Positions 1-20,167 of a stretch of 64,000 bases of DNA are shown here, one piece after another. Made by a program: the position numbers and the translations under genes. How positions within the stretch are numbered: position 1 is the first letter of the stretch; every line of letters starts with the position of its first letter. This DNA is from the human T2T-CHM13v2.0 reference genome, Homo sapiens, in assembly GCF_009914755.1 (NCBI RefSeq), contig NC_060930.1; one strand, written 5' to 3'. The notes beneath the pieces are model-generated. The model was given only the letters and a program-made list of their open reading frames with translations, searched no databases and was not told where the DNA came from.

Positions 1-122
1 AGGGATGTCTCAAGTGTTTACCGTCAGGTGAACAGAAACTTATGAAAGTTGCAATTAATTCTTTTCTCTCTCTCAGGTATTGTTATTCAGTTTTGCAAAT
101 ATGGAAACTAAGACTCCAAACC

Positions 123-245
123 TAATTCACACACCATACAATTCACCCATTTAAATGGTACGATTCAATGGTTTTAGTATATTTGCAGAGCTGTGCATCC
201 ATTACCACATCTGAATTTTAAACTATTTTCATGATCCTAAATGGA
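123..245 (-). mobile_element. L1MB-type 3' end fragment
   Basis: taattcacacaccatacaattcacccatttaaatggtacgattcaatggttttagtatatttgcagagctgtgc matches the reverse-complemented L1MB 3' UTR. Confidence 0.7.
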
Positions 246-269
246 CTTTGTTTTTGCAGTTATAAAAAC

Positions 270-1500
<1,231 letters not shown>

Positions 1501-1505
1501 AATGA

Positions 1506-1553
1506 GGGGTGGGGCGGAGAGGGGTCTGGGGGTGGTTCTAGAGTTGGGGTGGG
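1506..1553 (+). other. G-quadruplex-forming motif with a GC box
   Basis: Six G3-G5 tracts: GGGGtGGGGcggagaGGGGtctGGGGG...GGGGtGGG; contains GGGGCGGAG. Confidence 0.55.
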
Positions 1554-2125
1554 ATTTAATCACATCCTGGCCAGCAGTGTTTTCTGAGGACTACTTATGG
1601 ATCCTGGGACCCACACAGAGGGAGGCTGAGCAAGTGGGGCTCTGGGAACCTACTCCCACTTTAACTACAGGTGTTGCTGCCCTTTTTGTTTTGTATTTTG
1701 GATGTATGCTTCAACTTTCACTTGAAGAAAGTAGTTGGAGCTCAGTGAACTTTGAGAACTATGGCATGATACTATGCTATTTGCCAAGAGGCAATTTGTT
1801 TGGCAAATATATCTCTAACTACTTTGAAAGCATTCAAAGTCAAACCAAGAGAAAGCAGTTTCTCCAACTCTGTTTGCTGGGACTTACAGATTAGCCAAGA
1901 GTGGTGTAAACTCAGGAGTGGGGCAAAGAACCCTTGAAAGTCCATGAGACCAGACTCTAGCCAGTGGCTACACAGGATGGACTTGGGTCACAAGGATGCT
2001 GGTGGTGCTGGCCAGGGGTGTGGGTAGGATGGGGACAGCCAGGGTAGCCTACCACATGTAGGTCATGGAATCTCCTTTGGAGATTCATAGTCCTCTCCAG
2101 GAAATTTCTGGCTTCTTGACATCTC

Positions 2126-2144
2126 TTTCAGCAGGGGGCAGCTC
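2126..2144 (+). promoter_or_regulatory. CTCF motif candidate
   Basis: tCAGCAGGGGGCAGC matches CCASYAGRKGGCRSY except at the first base. Confidence 0.5.
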
Positions 2145-2539
2145 TTTCCAGAGGCATCGTTTCCAGACATGACTAGACAGGCCACTGCTGAGATTCCCTC
2201 TGTATAAGTTAATCAAACATGTGCAGGCCACTGGGAATAGTGCTGCCCCTGCTAGCACAACCTGTCCTTGCACTGGTTCAGGGCAGGACCTGGTGAGGGA
2301 CTCTTCTCTGCTCTAGCGCTCTAGTGCTGTTGCTAGAGAACCTGGTCCTCAGAGTGTTCTGATTTTTCTTTGATTCAATGCCATGAAGCAGTGGGACACC
2401 TTAACACAAATCATCTGCACACATATACATATATTCCAGCATGTAGGAATGAACAGAAGAGAAATATCACTGCAAAAGTTTATAGACAAGAATTTTATTA
2501 ACTTTTATCAATTGTATTATTTAGCCAAAAAATGCTAAA

Positions 2540-3340
2540 TAATTGATTCAGTGAATATTTAAGGAGCACATCATTTGCCAAACACTGCAAGAAGCTGGCA
2601 TAGTAAAGAATAATATGATTTCCACAGTCTTCTGAAAGACATAAATAATAATGACAGTGTGTAATGTATGCCCTAATGGAATTAATTAATTACAAAGGTT
2701 ACGGGTGCAGAAAAACAAGTTTTTAACTCTGTCGTAGAAACTCAGTGATGGATTCATAGAAGAGGGTTGGCTGAGCAGGGCTATGAAGGATGCATAAAAG
2801 TTTGCTAGGTAGGGAAGTGGCAGAAAGGTTTTCTGGATTTTTGAAAAAGTGTACAAAGTCATGGAAACTTCAAGGAAATTAATGTGTCCGAGGCACAAAT
2901 GCTTCAGCATGCCCTGGGTGTGGGCAGGCCCAGAGACTAGGTGTGAGTTTGGGTCTGGATTATTGCTTATTATGCTAGGACTACCACTGAAGATTTCTGA
3001 GCAAAGAGAGAAGCATAATCAGTGTACAGTCTTAGTAATATCCCTGTAGCAGAAGAGGCAGAAAGTGAAGCCAGGAGATCTAAGAAAAACTGTCACAGTG
3101 TCCTGAAAAAGACATGAAGGTGCCAGGTAAGGCAGTGGCAGGACAACAGGAAAGGGAAAGATAGATTTTGGGACCTGTAGGGATTAGAATGGGAAGATTT
3201 GAAAATGACTGGATATGGAAGGCAAAGGAAGTGTGGTTGTTGATTCTAGTTTTCTGATTAGATGACTTAAGGTAGCTCAGGATGCCATTAACTAAGACAG
3301 ATGATAGGAGAAGCAGAGTGAGTTTAGAGGCAGAAAGAAA
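2540..3340 (-). mobile_element. L2 (L2c-like) fragment
   Basis: attcagtgaatatttaaggagcac tail, then L2-like blocks gatttctgagcaaagagagaagc and gattctagttttctgattagatgac. Confidence 0.6.
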
Positions 3341-4479
3341 GAAGCTTAAGATTTATAATATGTGTGCAAACACTAGAAAACACATGCTTTAATATCTTGA
3401 CAGATATTATCAAGACATTTACATTTACTTGGATAGTCCTTGGCAACCATTGATTTTGAATTATTTTTCTAGTAATGCAGACAGATTTGCCTTGATTCTT
3501 CTACATTCACCTGTTCTTCCCTTTTTATAGTCATATCTATGCAAAATCTGGGACCAAGGTGAAGGTCATAATCCATAGAGGAAAAAAAATTGCCCATGTG
3601 GGATGGAACCCCAGTCTTTTGAATCTTCAGCAGTATCATCTGACCAGGAATTGACTATGGACAATATCACAAACGATGTATTCCTATTGTTACTGGATTT
3701 TTTTCTTTATATATCCACTCTGCTATTTCCATATCAAAGGTTATAACAAATAAGGTGTAAGTGGGTTTCACACCACTTAAGAAGCTCCTGACATTTTCGA
3801 AGTTCCCCTGGGATTTAACTTTCTAGGAATACTGAGCTCTAGAAAATGAGGAAAATTCCTTGCAAAGTTTTGTCTAAATAACAAAAAGAACACTTGGTAT
3901 TCAAACTCTTCGAAAGAATTGCATATTTTAAAAAGTAAAAGAATAATAGGGGCTGCAGGTTGCAACTTGCTTTTGGCTTTTGATTTTTTTGGCAATGTGC
4001 ATGCTGAATGGGGAATTTGATGAAGCAGGTTTGTGCATAATGACTAGAAAATTGCATGTGACCGATCCATTATATACATTATCTCAGTGCCTAAGTGAAG
4101 ATGAGGGTAGTGAAGTTATCCTTTGAATTCCAAACCATGCTAATCATCAACTTTGATAATTTTTTCAGTGCTTTGCTTTGTTAGCTTAATTATCCAAACA
4201 GGCCATCTAGTGACTTCAAATCCATTATTACCTGCACAGCGTCCTGCTTTGTTCTTGTTTGGTAGACAAGTATTTAACATCTCTTTCAAACGATGGTGTG
4301 GTTTTGATATGCTAACTTAATACCTACCTGACAGTGTATGATTGAGTAGGCAGAGAGTTTACAATGTTTTATCAAGTCCTTGAACTAGGAAAAAATGTTG
4401 AGAGATTATACAGTTTGTCTCTGGTTTACATTAGAAATAGACTTGTTAGTTTGCTAATCTTTTCTCAGGGAAATGTCCA

Positions 4480-4617
4480 TGAGTGTGTCTGGGCTGCTCA
4501 TCACTGTACATTCAAAGTTTTGCACAGAGCCTGGCACATGGTAGAGCTTCAGCAAACCTTTATTGAATGAACGAATGAATGAATGAATGAATGAATGAAT
4601 GAATAAATAAATAAATG
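4480..4617 (+). mobile_element. L2 3' end with expanded (GAAT)n tail
   Basis: gcacagagcctggcacatggtagagc...tttattgaatgaacgaatgaatgaat. Confidence 0.8.
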
Positions 4618-4716
4618 ATGACTTGCTATTTCTGTTCTCTATGTTCTGAAGTGCTCCAAGTATTATCACCGACCAGAGATATTCATTCATTGAATTTTCT
4701 TTACATAGTGTCTCAA

Positions 4717-4848
4717 CAGAGTAATCGCATAATTTACAGTTTAAACTAGATAACTTTTTAGAGTGAAAAGGTGTCATTAATACTTACACCAAGACAATAG
4801 ACATAAACCAGAACTGTCTAAGGCAAATAGGGACATATGGTCATTCTA
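4717..4848. mobile_element. MER94-like hAT-Blackjack MITE
   Basis: Matches ...ttttgagagtgaaagg...ttacgccgggacaacaggcataaaccgggactgtccc...gggacatatggtcacccta with CpG decay; degenerate terminal inverted repeats (TIRs). Confidence 0.75.
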
Positions 4849-5648
4849 TACAGAGAGGATTATGAAGACACTGGAGGACCAGAGAAATTTTTCTTGCCTA
4901 TATCTCTTGTCTGTTTTTTTGACACCTTACTTGGCTTGATATAATTCATCTGGCCTTTTGAACTGATTACTGAGTGTTCTCTAAACTCAATGGTTTCTTT
5001 TTTTGGCCTGCCAAGCTGAATTCTGCACTACAGATGCAGGAAAAAAGCTTTATGAAAAAAAGTAAAGGACCTTTTGGGGCACTATTCTAATCCCCATGCC
5101 TATCTGTGTTTGACACATAGTTGGCTCAATAAATGTTTCCTTAAAAAAAAAGCTGTGGTTTTAAAATGGTAGGAGGTAGAACTAGTAAACACTACTCCCA
5201 CATAACAACCATATGAATAATTAAAACATGTATTTTAAAAGTATATATGCATAATAAAAATTAAGGGGCCTTTGACTTGATGAGAAATTGATAAATGCTT
5301 GAAAACTGCAAAGCATATGGTTTAAGAATTAATTGGAAAATCACTTGACCCCCACCACATACACACACAGCAGGCCATGAGCAGTGAGTACAGGAGCTTG
5401 GGATGTAGCGAAAAGGCAACTGCCCTGGGTGTCCACAATGCCCCAGAGGAATCAGGAGCATCTCTATTTCATTGTGTGCGAAGGGTTACTTTTCAGTGAA
5501 ACAGGGCAGCTGCCTCTCTGAAAATAGGGCAGCTGGCCTCTCCCCACCAGGCTGTGCAAAGATAGTTAACAGAATATCTCACAGAGAAGTTCAGTTACCA
5601 AACAAAATCTGTTTAGAAGATGAATATTTTCTCAAAGGTTGAGAAACC

Positions 5649-10541
<4,893 letters not shown>

Positions 10542-10544
10542 AAA

Positions 10545-11548
10545 GATGACTTTCCTCAAGAAGTGAGGAACTGGATAACTGAAAGCACTTATACTTGTGG
10601 AAGTAGCGCAGGACTTCCATATAAGGTAATTACATATCAGCAGAGAAACAAGGGAAACATCACATTAAAAAACTACAATGAGTGATTATGAAAAACAACC
10701 AATTATATACTATAAAAATAAAATGAATACAGCTAAAAACTGGGTGAACGGCAGAATAAGCATAATTGAAAAGCAAGTTAGCGATGTAAAAGACTGTAAC
10801 AAGAAATTATCCCAGAAGATAACACAAAGGGAAAAATAAGAAGAACAACATAAAAGAAAAGTTAAAACAAAACATGAAGAACAAGGCTTGAGAGTCAACA
10901 TCAATCCATTAGGGGTCCCAAATTGAGAGAATATGGAGAATGCAGAGGGAACCATACTTGTTGATGACGTAGAAGCCAGAAAAGTTCTAGACCTAAAGAA
11001 AGATGTATGTCCTGAAATTTAAAGAATCCATCAAAGAACAACATAACAAAAATAACAACAGGAGTAACAAAACCCTATTCCAGATATTTCATGGTTATGT
11101 CAAGCCTAAATGGAAAAATTCTAAAAGTTAGAAGAGAGAAAAAAATCAGATTGCTTCTAAAGGAATTGGACTCGTATAGACAACCTTACTTCATAGCAAC
11201 ATCATTGGACACAATGGGGTAGTGGAGCATCAACTTCAAAGAGTTGAGGTGAAATAGTTTTGTCTGTAATTTTATATACAACTAAATTCTCGTTCATATA
11301 TGAGGGCAGAGTAAAACATCTTCAATCATACAAGTCCTCAGAAAGCTTATTATTCAAAGACCCTTTTAGCTGGAGAATCTATGCCAGGAAGAAGAAAATG
11401 AATTCCAGGAGGAAGTAGTTGGATGCATTAATTACATAATTAAAAACTGATAATAAAATAAGTTTATTTCTAGGGAAGTAGTGTTTGGCTTTTTTACTGT
11501 AAACATGAAATTAGATACGATTGAAATTCTGTAATTATTTCCTTCAAT
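10545..11548 (+). mobile_element. Ancient HAL1/L1M ORF1-like relic; probable host of the L1MA insertion, with its 5' part at about 5155-5640
   Basis: A-rich L1-ORF1-like blocks ggggtcccaaattgagagaatatggagaatg and aattttatatacaactaaattctcgttcatatatgagggc. Confidence 0.55.
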
Positions 11549-11550
11549 TA

Positions 11551-12730
11551 CAGTCATGCATCATTTAATGACAGGGATACGTTCTGAGAAATACATCATT
11601 AGGCAATTTCATTGTTATGTGAACATCATAGAGTGCATTTATACAAACCTAGTTGGTGTAGCCTACAACACACCTAGGCTATAAGGCATAGCCTATTGCT
11701 TCTAGGCTATACACTTGTACAGCATGTTACTCTACTGAATATTATAGGCAATTGTCACACAATGATAAGTATTTGTGTATCTAAATATAGAAAGGTACAG
11801 TAAAAATATGGTATAAAATATAGAAGGTGTCACAACTGTATAGGGCACTTACCATGAATGGAGCTTGCAGAACTGGAAGTTGCTCTGGGTCAGTGAGGGA
11901 GTGACTGGTGGGGTGCATGTGAAGGCCTAGGACATTACTGTACACTACTGTCTTTATAAACACTGACCACTTAGGCTAAGGTAGATTTATGTTAAAAATT
12001 TCCTTTCTTCAATAATAAATTAAACTTAGCTTACTGTAACTTTTTTACTTTATAAATGTTTAATGTTTTAACTTCTTGACTTGTTTGTAGTGACACTTAG
12101 CTTAAAGCATAAATAATTGTACAGCCGTACAAAAATATCTTCTTTCTATGATTACTCTATAAGCCTTTTTTCTATTTAATTTTTTTTTGTAAATTTTTTT
12201 TTTTAAAAACTAAGACTCAAACATACACATTAGTCTAGACCTACACAGGGTCAAGATCACCGATATCACTGTCTTACACCTCTACATCTTGTCCTACTGG
12301 AAGGGCTTCAGAGATAACATGCATGGAGCTGTCATCTCCTATGATAACAGTGCCTTCTTCGAGAATGCCTCCTGAAGGGCCTACCTGACACTGCTTTCCA
12401 GTTAACATTTTTTTAATAAGTAGAAGGAGTATACTCTAAAATAAAGGTAAAAGCGTGGTATAGTAAGTGCATAAGCCAGTAATATAGTCATTTATTATCA
12501 TTATCAAGTATTATGTACTGTACAAAATTTTATATGCTATAGTTTCATATGACTGGCCGTGCTCTAGGTTTGTTCACATCAGCATCACCACAAACACACA
12601 AGTAATGTGTTGCGACAGCTACAGCATCACTATGTGATAGGAATTTTTCAGCTCCATTATAATCTTACAGGACCACTGCTGTATGTGTGGTCTATTGTTG
12701 ACTGAAACATCGTTATGTGGCACATGATAA
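11551..12730 (+). mobile_element. Tigger3b-like DNA transposon (TcMar-Tigger)
   Basis: TA|cagtcatgcatcatttaatgacagggatacgttctgagaaat...gaaacatcgttatgtggcacatg; about 1.2 kb, TA flanks. Confidence 0.92.
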
Positions 12731-13389
12731 TATATAATATGTCACAAGCCCATAAAGGTATAAACAGGAATAATCAGAAGCTTGATATTCTCTGATTAAT
12801 CAGGCTCTGGCCTTTAGGGGAAGCCCCATGACCTGATGCCTGAGGAGGGGAAGGTCAGAAGCCAGGACTGAAACAGGCTCTAAACTCCCCACAAAGAAGA
12901 CTGAAGAGCAAATGTACCACAGAATCCCTGACACAGAGCCACCTCTAACCTTTAATATACCCTCCTGAAGATGTGTATCTTCAATTTCTGTCAACAACTA
13001 GTTCTTTGCCAGTTTCAAGAACTCTTCAAAGGTTAGCAAGATTTATAGTGAGAGAAAATATGACAAATCAAATAAAATCGAGTATTAGCAGAATATTGAG
13101 ATCTCAGAAATGCTCTGACTTGCACTCTATACCTTTACCTAACTTTCCTAACCCCTTTCCAAGTCAAGACATAAAAATCTTTGAACCGTATAAGGGTTTT
13201 CCCCTTAGCTATGGCCCCCCCATCATCCAGGTAGCTGGTGGTCTCATCAGAAGTTCTTTCTCTTGGCAGCTCAGTGTAAAAGCAGACATTTGTTAAACAA
13301 AGTTGCCTGTAATGACTCCCTAAGTCGGGAGAATTTTAGCTTTCCCTCCCATTACTGTCAGGATTGGCACTATGCCTTTGGAGGACATC

Positions 13390-13841
13390 TGTTGTTTGGA
13401 TTGCCCTGCAAACCTCCATCTTCCTGGAAGCACCACACTCCCTCCCCACGATGGGAGCTGACGTGATCCTGTCTCCCTGGTCCCAGTGATTGGCCCAGGA
13501 AATGAGCTCATAACTTATGGGCCAAAATCGTTCTCAGAATTTTCTGTTCACCTCCAGAATTGGGAGAGATGAGGACCTTTTTCTCTCAGAAATCTGTGTG
13601 GATGTGATCTTGGTCATGAAAATATTTCCAGGACATGGAAGAAGAAAGTTTGTCAATGAAGTGAGGAAAACCAGAGAGACAGCCGTAAGGGGCTATGGGA
13701 TGGAGTGTTAGTGGAGTGGGTCCCTGGGTCTTACGGCATTAGTTATACTCCATCCTGGATTCTGGGCCTTACATTTGTTCCTTTTGCCTAGCTAGTTCAA
13801 ATTGTCTATCATTTGCAACCAGAAGAGTCCTGTCCACTTCA
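13390..13841 (+). mobile_element. MLT1K/L-like MaLR LTR
   Basis: ctggtcccagtgattggcccagg and terminus tcatttgcaaccagaagagtcctg. Confidence 0.65.
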
Positions 13842-14527
13842 GTGTTTTCCCCAGAACAGGTGCACAATAAAGGTCACTGGCTCCAGGGGAGCAGACCAAG
13901 AATTAGTTCAGCATAAGTGATCAGGCTCCGGAAGAGGAAAGTGAGTGGGCCTAGCCAGAGCATCCTTGCAGGGGAAGAGCATGTGTATTGGGTGGGGTGG
14001 ACCATGGGGGACCAATTTTGCAAACAGGAGGCAAATAACCAACCACATGGCAGCAGCTCATGCCAACAGAACACAGCAGAGGTGACAGTAAGTCCCAGTA
14101 GGAAAAGGTCCTTGATCCAGAAATTAAAAATAACATTTAGGGAATTCTGTTTGAGCATTGTAGGATTGGGACTGCAGTGATCTTTCTGTCGTCTAATATT
14201 TGATATGCGTTGGTTTTCCTTTGTCTTAATAACACTGTCTCTTTTCACTTTGTACCAGTATACTTATATGTGAATTTATGTACGTAATTCTAAAGGGGAA
14301 GGAGAAAATTGATGTCAGTCTATTGGGCTTTCTAACAGAGAGATTTTCTCAGGACTCTGGGTGAGGAATCAAGCCAAGAAGAGTATAACTATCTAAAAGA
14401 GAATCCCAGACCTTGAGGGCACAGGCCTTGTGTGACCAAGGGTTGCTTCTAACTTCTAATGTTGCTTTCTGTGGAACTACAGTTTTCATTTGTGACCACA
14501 ATTATTACTTCTTATATATCAGATTAG

Positions 14528-14844
<317 letters not shown>

Positions 14845-16278
14845 CAAAGGTTAGCAATTTTTTATAGTGGGAAGATGGCTTTGAACCGAATAAAATCAAC
14901 GATTAGAAGACTGTTTACATTCCAGATGTGCCTTGACTTGTCTTGTATCTTTTATGCACCTTTTGCTTTACTTTAATCATTTATTTAAAGGTGGGAATCA
15001 GCTTAGGTTTGTACCAGGAGCTTGGTATAAAAATTATTTAACAGGTTGCTAGAAGGAACTCTTCCAGTCTCAGTTCTGACTTAAGTGCCAATAGAACATA
15101 TAGCCAGAGTGAACATGAGAAAAATCTGCATCTGCTCAAGTTACAAAGGGATTGTGAAGATTGAGATTGAGATAGAAATAGAGAAAGTGCATGAAAAAAG
15201 GGGAAAACTTGGTGATGACACTGTTTTCAGAGAGCTGTTACCACTCTTTGAGCTTCCTAAGACAGGTAGCGGGTTCTAGCTCCATCAGCTCAAGCTTCAT
15301 AAGGGAAGCTTATCTGGGGTGACTGACAGAACTTTGAAATATGTTGGGAGTTGAAAGACACAAAGACTGATGCCTAGAAAGTTAAAGTATACCTGTGTCA
15401 ACAGGGCTAAAAGTGGCTGTATTGAGAGCAGCTCGAACTTCCAATATTGCTGGACCAACAAACACTGAAGTGTTTTCTGTGGACCAAATATGAATCATTT
15501 CTGCTCTCATATGTTAAGGTTTTCTTGTGGCTGATGTTGACCGAAAGTCAGTTGTGTTTATTTCTCAAATGTATTTATGCCAGTCATGCTTATTATTATA
15601 ATGAAATAATTTAAATAAATAGTATGTGATAACAATGAAAAATAAATATGAATGTAAACACAATCATCATTTTTGAAAATTATAATAAAGGCAAGTCATT
15701 AAACAAATCATGGTTTAATAATCCAGATTCTGGGATTATTAAAAGTTTATTACTAAGTGACAGAGTGTGCCTCTTATTATCTCATATTTTTACCCAAAAT
15801 GCTATGTGAATAAACCCATTTTGTAGCCCCATTTAATTCCAAATGAGAACAAATGTTGGCAGAGAACATACCGTCATTTTCTCACAGAGAGGAGCACTGT
15901 CAATCGCAAAGCCATTGTCTTGGCCACCAGCTAGGGAAAGTAATAACTTCCAGAAATTCTATTATTTGTGTGCCAGTAGGTCCATATGACCATTGCAAGG
16001 CAAGTCTTTTAGTATCATCTACCACATACTTCACGTCAGTTCATTCATTCATTCAATTCATATTGATTGAACTCCCACAGGGAGACTGGCAGAGAGACAA
16101 TGCCTCCTATTGAACCAGCAGAGAAAATCGTGTGACTCATCTGATTCCATCAGTAGGCTTCTGTGGGGGAATCCTGAAAAAAGGATATAGCTTGTCATGG
16201 ACTCTTTCTTCTGATAAAGCTCGCTGTGCTGGAAACATTAATAGCCTACGACTTGCTTCCAGGTATGGCATTCAGTTA

Positions 16279-16606
16279 CTGTCATGCATTGTATAAGGAT
16301 GTTTCTGTCAATGATGGACTGCACAATCCCATATGATTAAAATACTGTATTGTTATTGTACTTTTCTATGTTTAGATATGTTTAGATATGCAAATACTTA
16401 GCATTGTGTTATAATTGCCCACAGTACTCAGTACAGTAACTACTGTACAAGTTTGTAGCCTATGGGCAATAGACTTTGCCATATTGCCTAGGTGTAGAGT
16501 AGTTTATACCCTGGAGGTTGTGAAAGTATACTCTGTGATGTTTGCACAATGATGAACTTGCCTATTGACACATTTCTCAGAACATGTGTTAAGAGATACA
16601 TAACTG
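16279..16606 (-). mobile_element. Tigger3a (MER7A)-like MITE
   Basis: TA|ctgtcatgc...catttctcagaac...cataactg|TA; reverse complement of the Tigger3b ends at 11551. Confidence 0.85.
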
Positions 16607-17674
16607 TATCTATATCCATGGTCTGGCTTGTTGCTGGTGGAGGATAGGCTCCACCACAACACAATGGAGTGTTGGTTACACATGGATTTATAGATCCCGG
16701 GGCAGTGGCCCTGGGCCTTGCCTGTCATACAGGGCCAGGCAGCCCAGCCCAGGTAGTGGAGAGGTATCTTGGTGCCTCTGAGTATCTGAGGGAGACAAGC
16801 TGGTTCTCATGCATAAAAGAAACGTTATCATCAATTTCTCTAGTATTGATCAATTTCCATTTGCCTGTTGAATTTGTGTTAATTTTCCATAACCCTCAAT
16901 GTTCATGAAGTGTTGAAAAATGCTAATAAGTGTTTGTGATAGAAGCTGTAAAATTACTGACTTTTAAGTAACCCTATTTCTATTTCAAAAGTGACTTAGA
17001 CACCATATAAAATTATAGATCAAATCCCTTCCTATCTTAGTAGGGTGTTTTAAAAATTGAGACCTTATTCACAGAGTACTTATAACTTTTTTAAGAAAGG
17101 AATTACATAAAAATGTAATTGATATTAGGATTTGTAAATATCTTAATGCATTCCGGAATTTGAAAATAATACCCCCTCCGTGTGCTATAAATTTCTAAGT
17201 ATATGAAATACAGTGTCTTAAATAGCCATTGTGGTTACATCCTATTTATCTCAAATCATGTGGCTATGAGCTTTAATTTTGAGCAATCATGATTCAGACA
17301 GGAGAAATTAGAATGGATGTTCCACCAACTCTATGTGTTGTCTCAAGTTAGCTATTAGAGAAGAAAATTGAATTGTCCTAATGTTTTCTTATCATTAATA
17401 TGAATTTAAAACTCTCTTAGAGTTCTTTCTCAGTTTGGTAAATGCCAATCTATATAGGAATGAATGTTACTTGTCAGAACACTGAATTCTTACCAAACAT
17501 GTATTTGATGATAGTAGGGAAGAGAAAGGGGATATGCAGATATCAATTATTCCTGGTGATTGGCAACCCACACTAGTCCTCTCATCTGCTCATTAACTGA
17601 CTCATTCTATGCAATTTATTATTTAAGGAAGAGAAATAGTGAATTTGAGAAATTACCATACCTCATTCCTGACT

Positions 17675-17834
17675 CAGTGACTCCAAAAGAGGAATCAGCA
17701 GGAAGACTGTGTGAGCTTGAATATGGAAAACTAGACTATCCTTTGTTCTGAAGAGGCCTTATACCTCTTCTTGCCCTTGCCCTGTGTCTGTCAAGGTTAC
17801 CAGGAAAATGCAAGAGTTTCTATCATTCCTCTCT
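17675..17834 (+). repeat. 160-bp local direct duplication, copy A
   Basis: 150/160 identical to 20168-20327, no indels. Confidence 0.97.
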
Positions 17835-18169
17835 AGCCCTTATTCTAGATTATTTCTCCCTCTTAGATGAACTCAGAGGCACTTGTCATGATGTGGAGGC
17901 TGTGAAGGGGCCCAGTGAGAACATGTCTGTAGACTGACTGTCCTTAAATGGAGTGGGCCATTTTGATAGGAGCAAGTGCTCCTGCAGCATATACACAAAG
18001 GACATGGCACAGTTGATCAGGAAACCTCCAGGCAGAATTTGATTATAAGCAGGCATATTTTAATGTAGCTTGGCAGTATACAGTATTTGCAAGGGAGAAG
18101 AAAATGCATAAAGCTACCATTTGGGGGCATTCAATAAATGCCAGAGACCATGCTATGTGTGCTACGACC

Positions 18170-18330
18170 CCAATCTCATCCTGTCCACACAATGTCTCCA
18201 ACAGGATGATATTACTTTTATGCCCACAAGGGAACTGAAGGCTATAGAGACCACATAAGACCATGTAACTAAGAAAAGCAGAACCTTGATAAAAGTAAAG
18301 GATTATCTGAATTCGTAATCCACACATTGA
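18170..18330 (-). mobile_element. Degenerate MIR
   Basis: atattacttttatgcccacaagggaactgaaggct...agaccatgtaactaagaaaagcagaacc resembles the MIR core. Confidence 0.45.
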
Positions 18331-18418
18331 CCCCTACCAGGGATCATAACTAAATGAGAAAGACAATATTCATCCTTGAAAAGATGTTTATTAAAATCTA
18401 AAGCCATGGAGGTATTTA

Positions 18419-18493
18419 TTAGATTGAAACATGAAATTGAAATATTCAACTGTTTGACCTGCAAAAATGGCAAGTTCATATGATTTAATCATA
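18419..18493. mobile_element. MADE2 mariner MITE
   Basis: ttagattgaaacatgaaattg...tttgacctgcaaaaatggcaagttcatatgatttaatc; about 75-bp near-palindrome. Confidence 0.8.
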
Positions 18494-18989
18494 TATATTT
18501 ATAACTCCTTCTGTGGAAGACATTCACAGATGGGGGGAACACATTGCACGGCTTCCCATAATCACATGTTTTTATTGTGTAACATAACAAGAAAAATCAC
18601 CAGAGCAATATATATTCACTTAAAGTGTATATAATTAAGAAAGAAAGTTTCTATGCATTAAAAATTAAAGTTTTACCATTGGGAGATAAAAAACTGGGAA
18701 TTCTTTGTAAGTAATACATCAGCTCTGATAAAAGCTGACAGTTTGACATAGAGTAGCCCAGAATACCAAAGCAGACATTGTATGACAGAACAACAAAATA
18801 AGATAATCTAAATGTAGTGTAGGAGAAAGATACTTCTCTGGCCACTCTTGTTGGATTTATTTATAATTTACTATGCATTTGTTTAGCTGTTTAGTAATAT
18901 GAATACAGTTCTTTCATTGTGCATATCTAGTTAATTTCAGCTAATGCTTGCTCTTATAAAATTCCAAAGTAAAAGAGTCACTTGAGTAC

Positions 18990-19400
18990 TGTGGTTGTCA
19001 TTGATACTGTTGACCAAATCTGTCCAGCTTTTCTCTCTTTCAGACACAAGAAAATGGAAGTGGCATTTCTGAGACCCCTGTGGCTGGGTGAGGCCTGTGA
19101 CTAGCTCCAGACAATGAATTATGAGCAGAGCTAACATATGTCATTTCTGGGCTAAGCATTGAATTGCTGATGTGAGACCTTCTAGAGCTCTCTTTTTCCT
19201 GTGGCATGACAGTTGGCAATTGATACAATGGCTGCTTTCTCAGTCTAGATCCTGGGAGGAGAGGAGATTTGGAGCAGAGCTCCTAGCCCATCGTGATGGA
19301 TATATAGCACAAGAGAGAAATAAACTTTATTACAACAAGCCACTAAGAATTTAGGGTTGCTTATTACAGAAGCATTCCCTAGCCCATCTTGACTGATGTA
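18990..19400 (+). mobile_element. MLT1I-like MaLR LTR
   Basis: tgtcatttctgggctaagcattgaattgctgatgtgagacc...gagagaaataaacttt...aagccactaaga...gactgatgta. Confidence 0.8.
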
Positions 19401-19723
19401 GGTGTCTTGAATAGCTCAACTACATTTTAAATCCCCATTCTAAAAATAAAAGTTGGGTCTATTTGGTTCGAGTATTTGTATTAGTTCTGATAAACAGACT
19501 ATGTACCTGACCTACAAAATGGTGCCTGAAAAGGGCATTTTCCTCTGTGGGTGTAAGCTACCTTTTTTACTCACAAATAGGACCCTTCATGTCCCGTGAT
19601 CAGTCCCCCAAATGAACTATCCCCTGATTGAAACAAAGCCTTCACAAAGGTAGGGAGACTTCAGACAGCTTCATAGGAAGTAGGATTTCACAGGAAACAA
19701 AAGCTCTATCTGAAAGAGAATTC

Positions 19724-19750
19724 CTCTCTCTTTCTCTCTGTCTCTCTCTG

Positions 19751-19781
<31 letters not shown>

Positions 19782-19805
19782 TACACATACACACACACAC
19801 ACACA
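19724..19805. repeat. Compound (TC)n(CA)n microsatellite
   Basis: Read directly from the sequence. Confidence 0.95.
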
Positions 19806-20167
19806 TAATTTACCATGCAGTCAAATTACTTACATTCATTAAAATTACTCATTTAAGCTGCAACACTGTCACCAGAAGAGTCTAATGACAAAGATGATGC
19901 CTAGAAATGTTAAAAAATCCACTATAATCCTTTAATATATTAGCAAGAGTTATTTATTGGCTAGAATTTTGTGATCATAGAGGCAATAGAATACCTGATT
20001 GTCAAATTGGAACTCAAGAAAGAGACACTAAAGGCCTAGGCAGACACTGGGGACTGACCAAACGAACTGACTTCACACTATGAACAGTAACACAAAAGAG
20101 TGGTGGGGAGCATGAAAAACTGATTTTGCCGACTTAGGATTTCACCCTGGAGAAGAGACCATTTTAA

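Noticed and set aside
60-82. Pyrimidine tract followed by cag|gtattg as a + strand recursive site
   Set aside because: Poor donor match, and it runs into MIR/L1-derived sequence.
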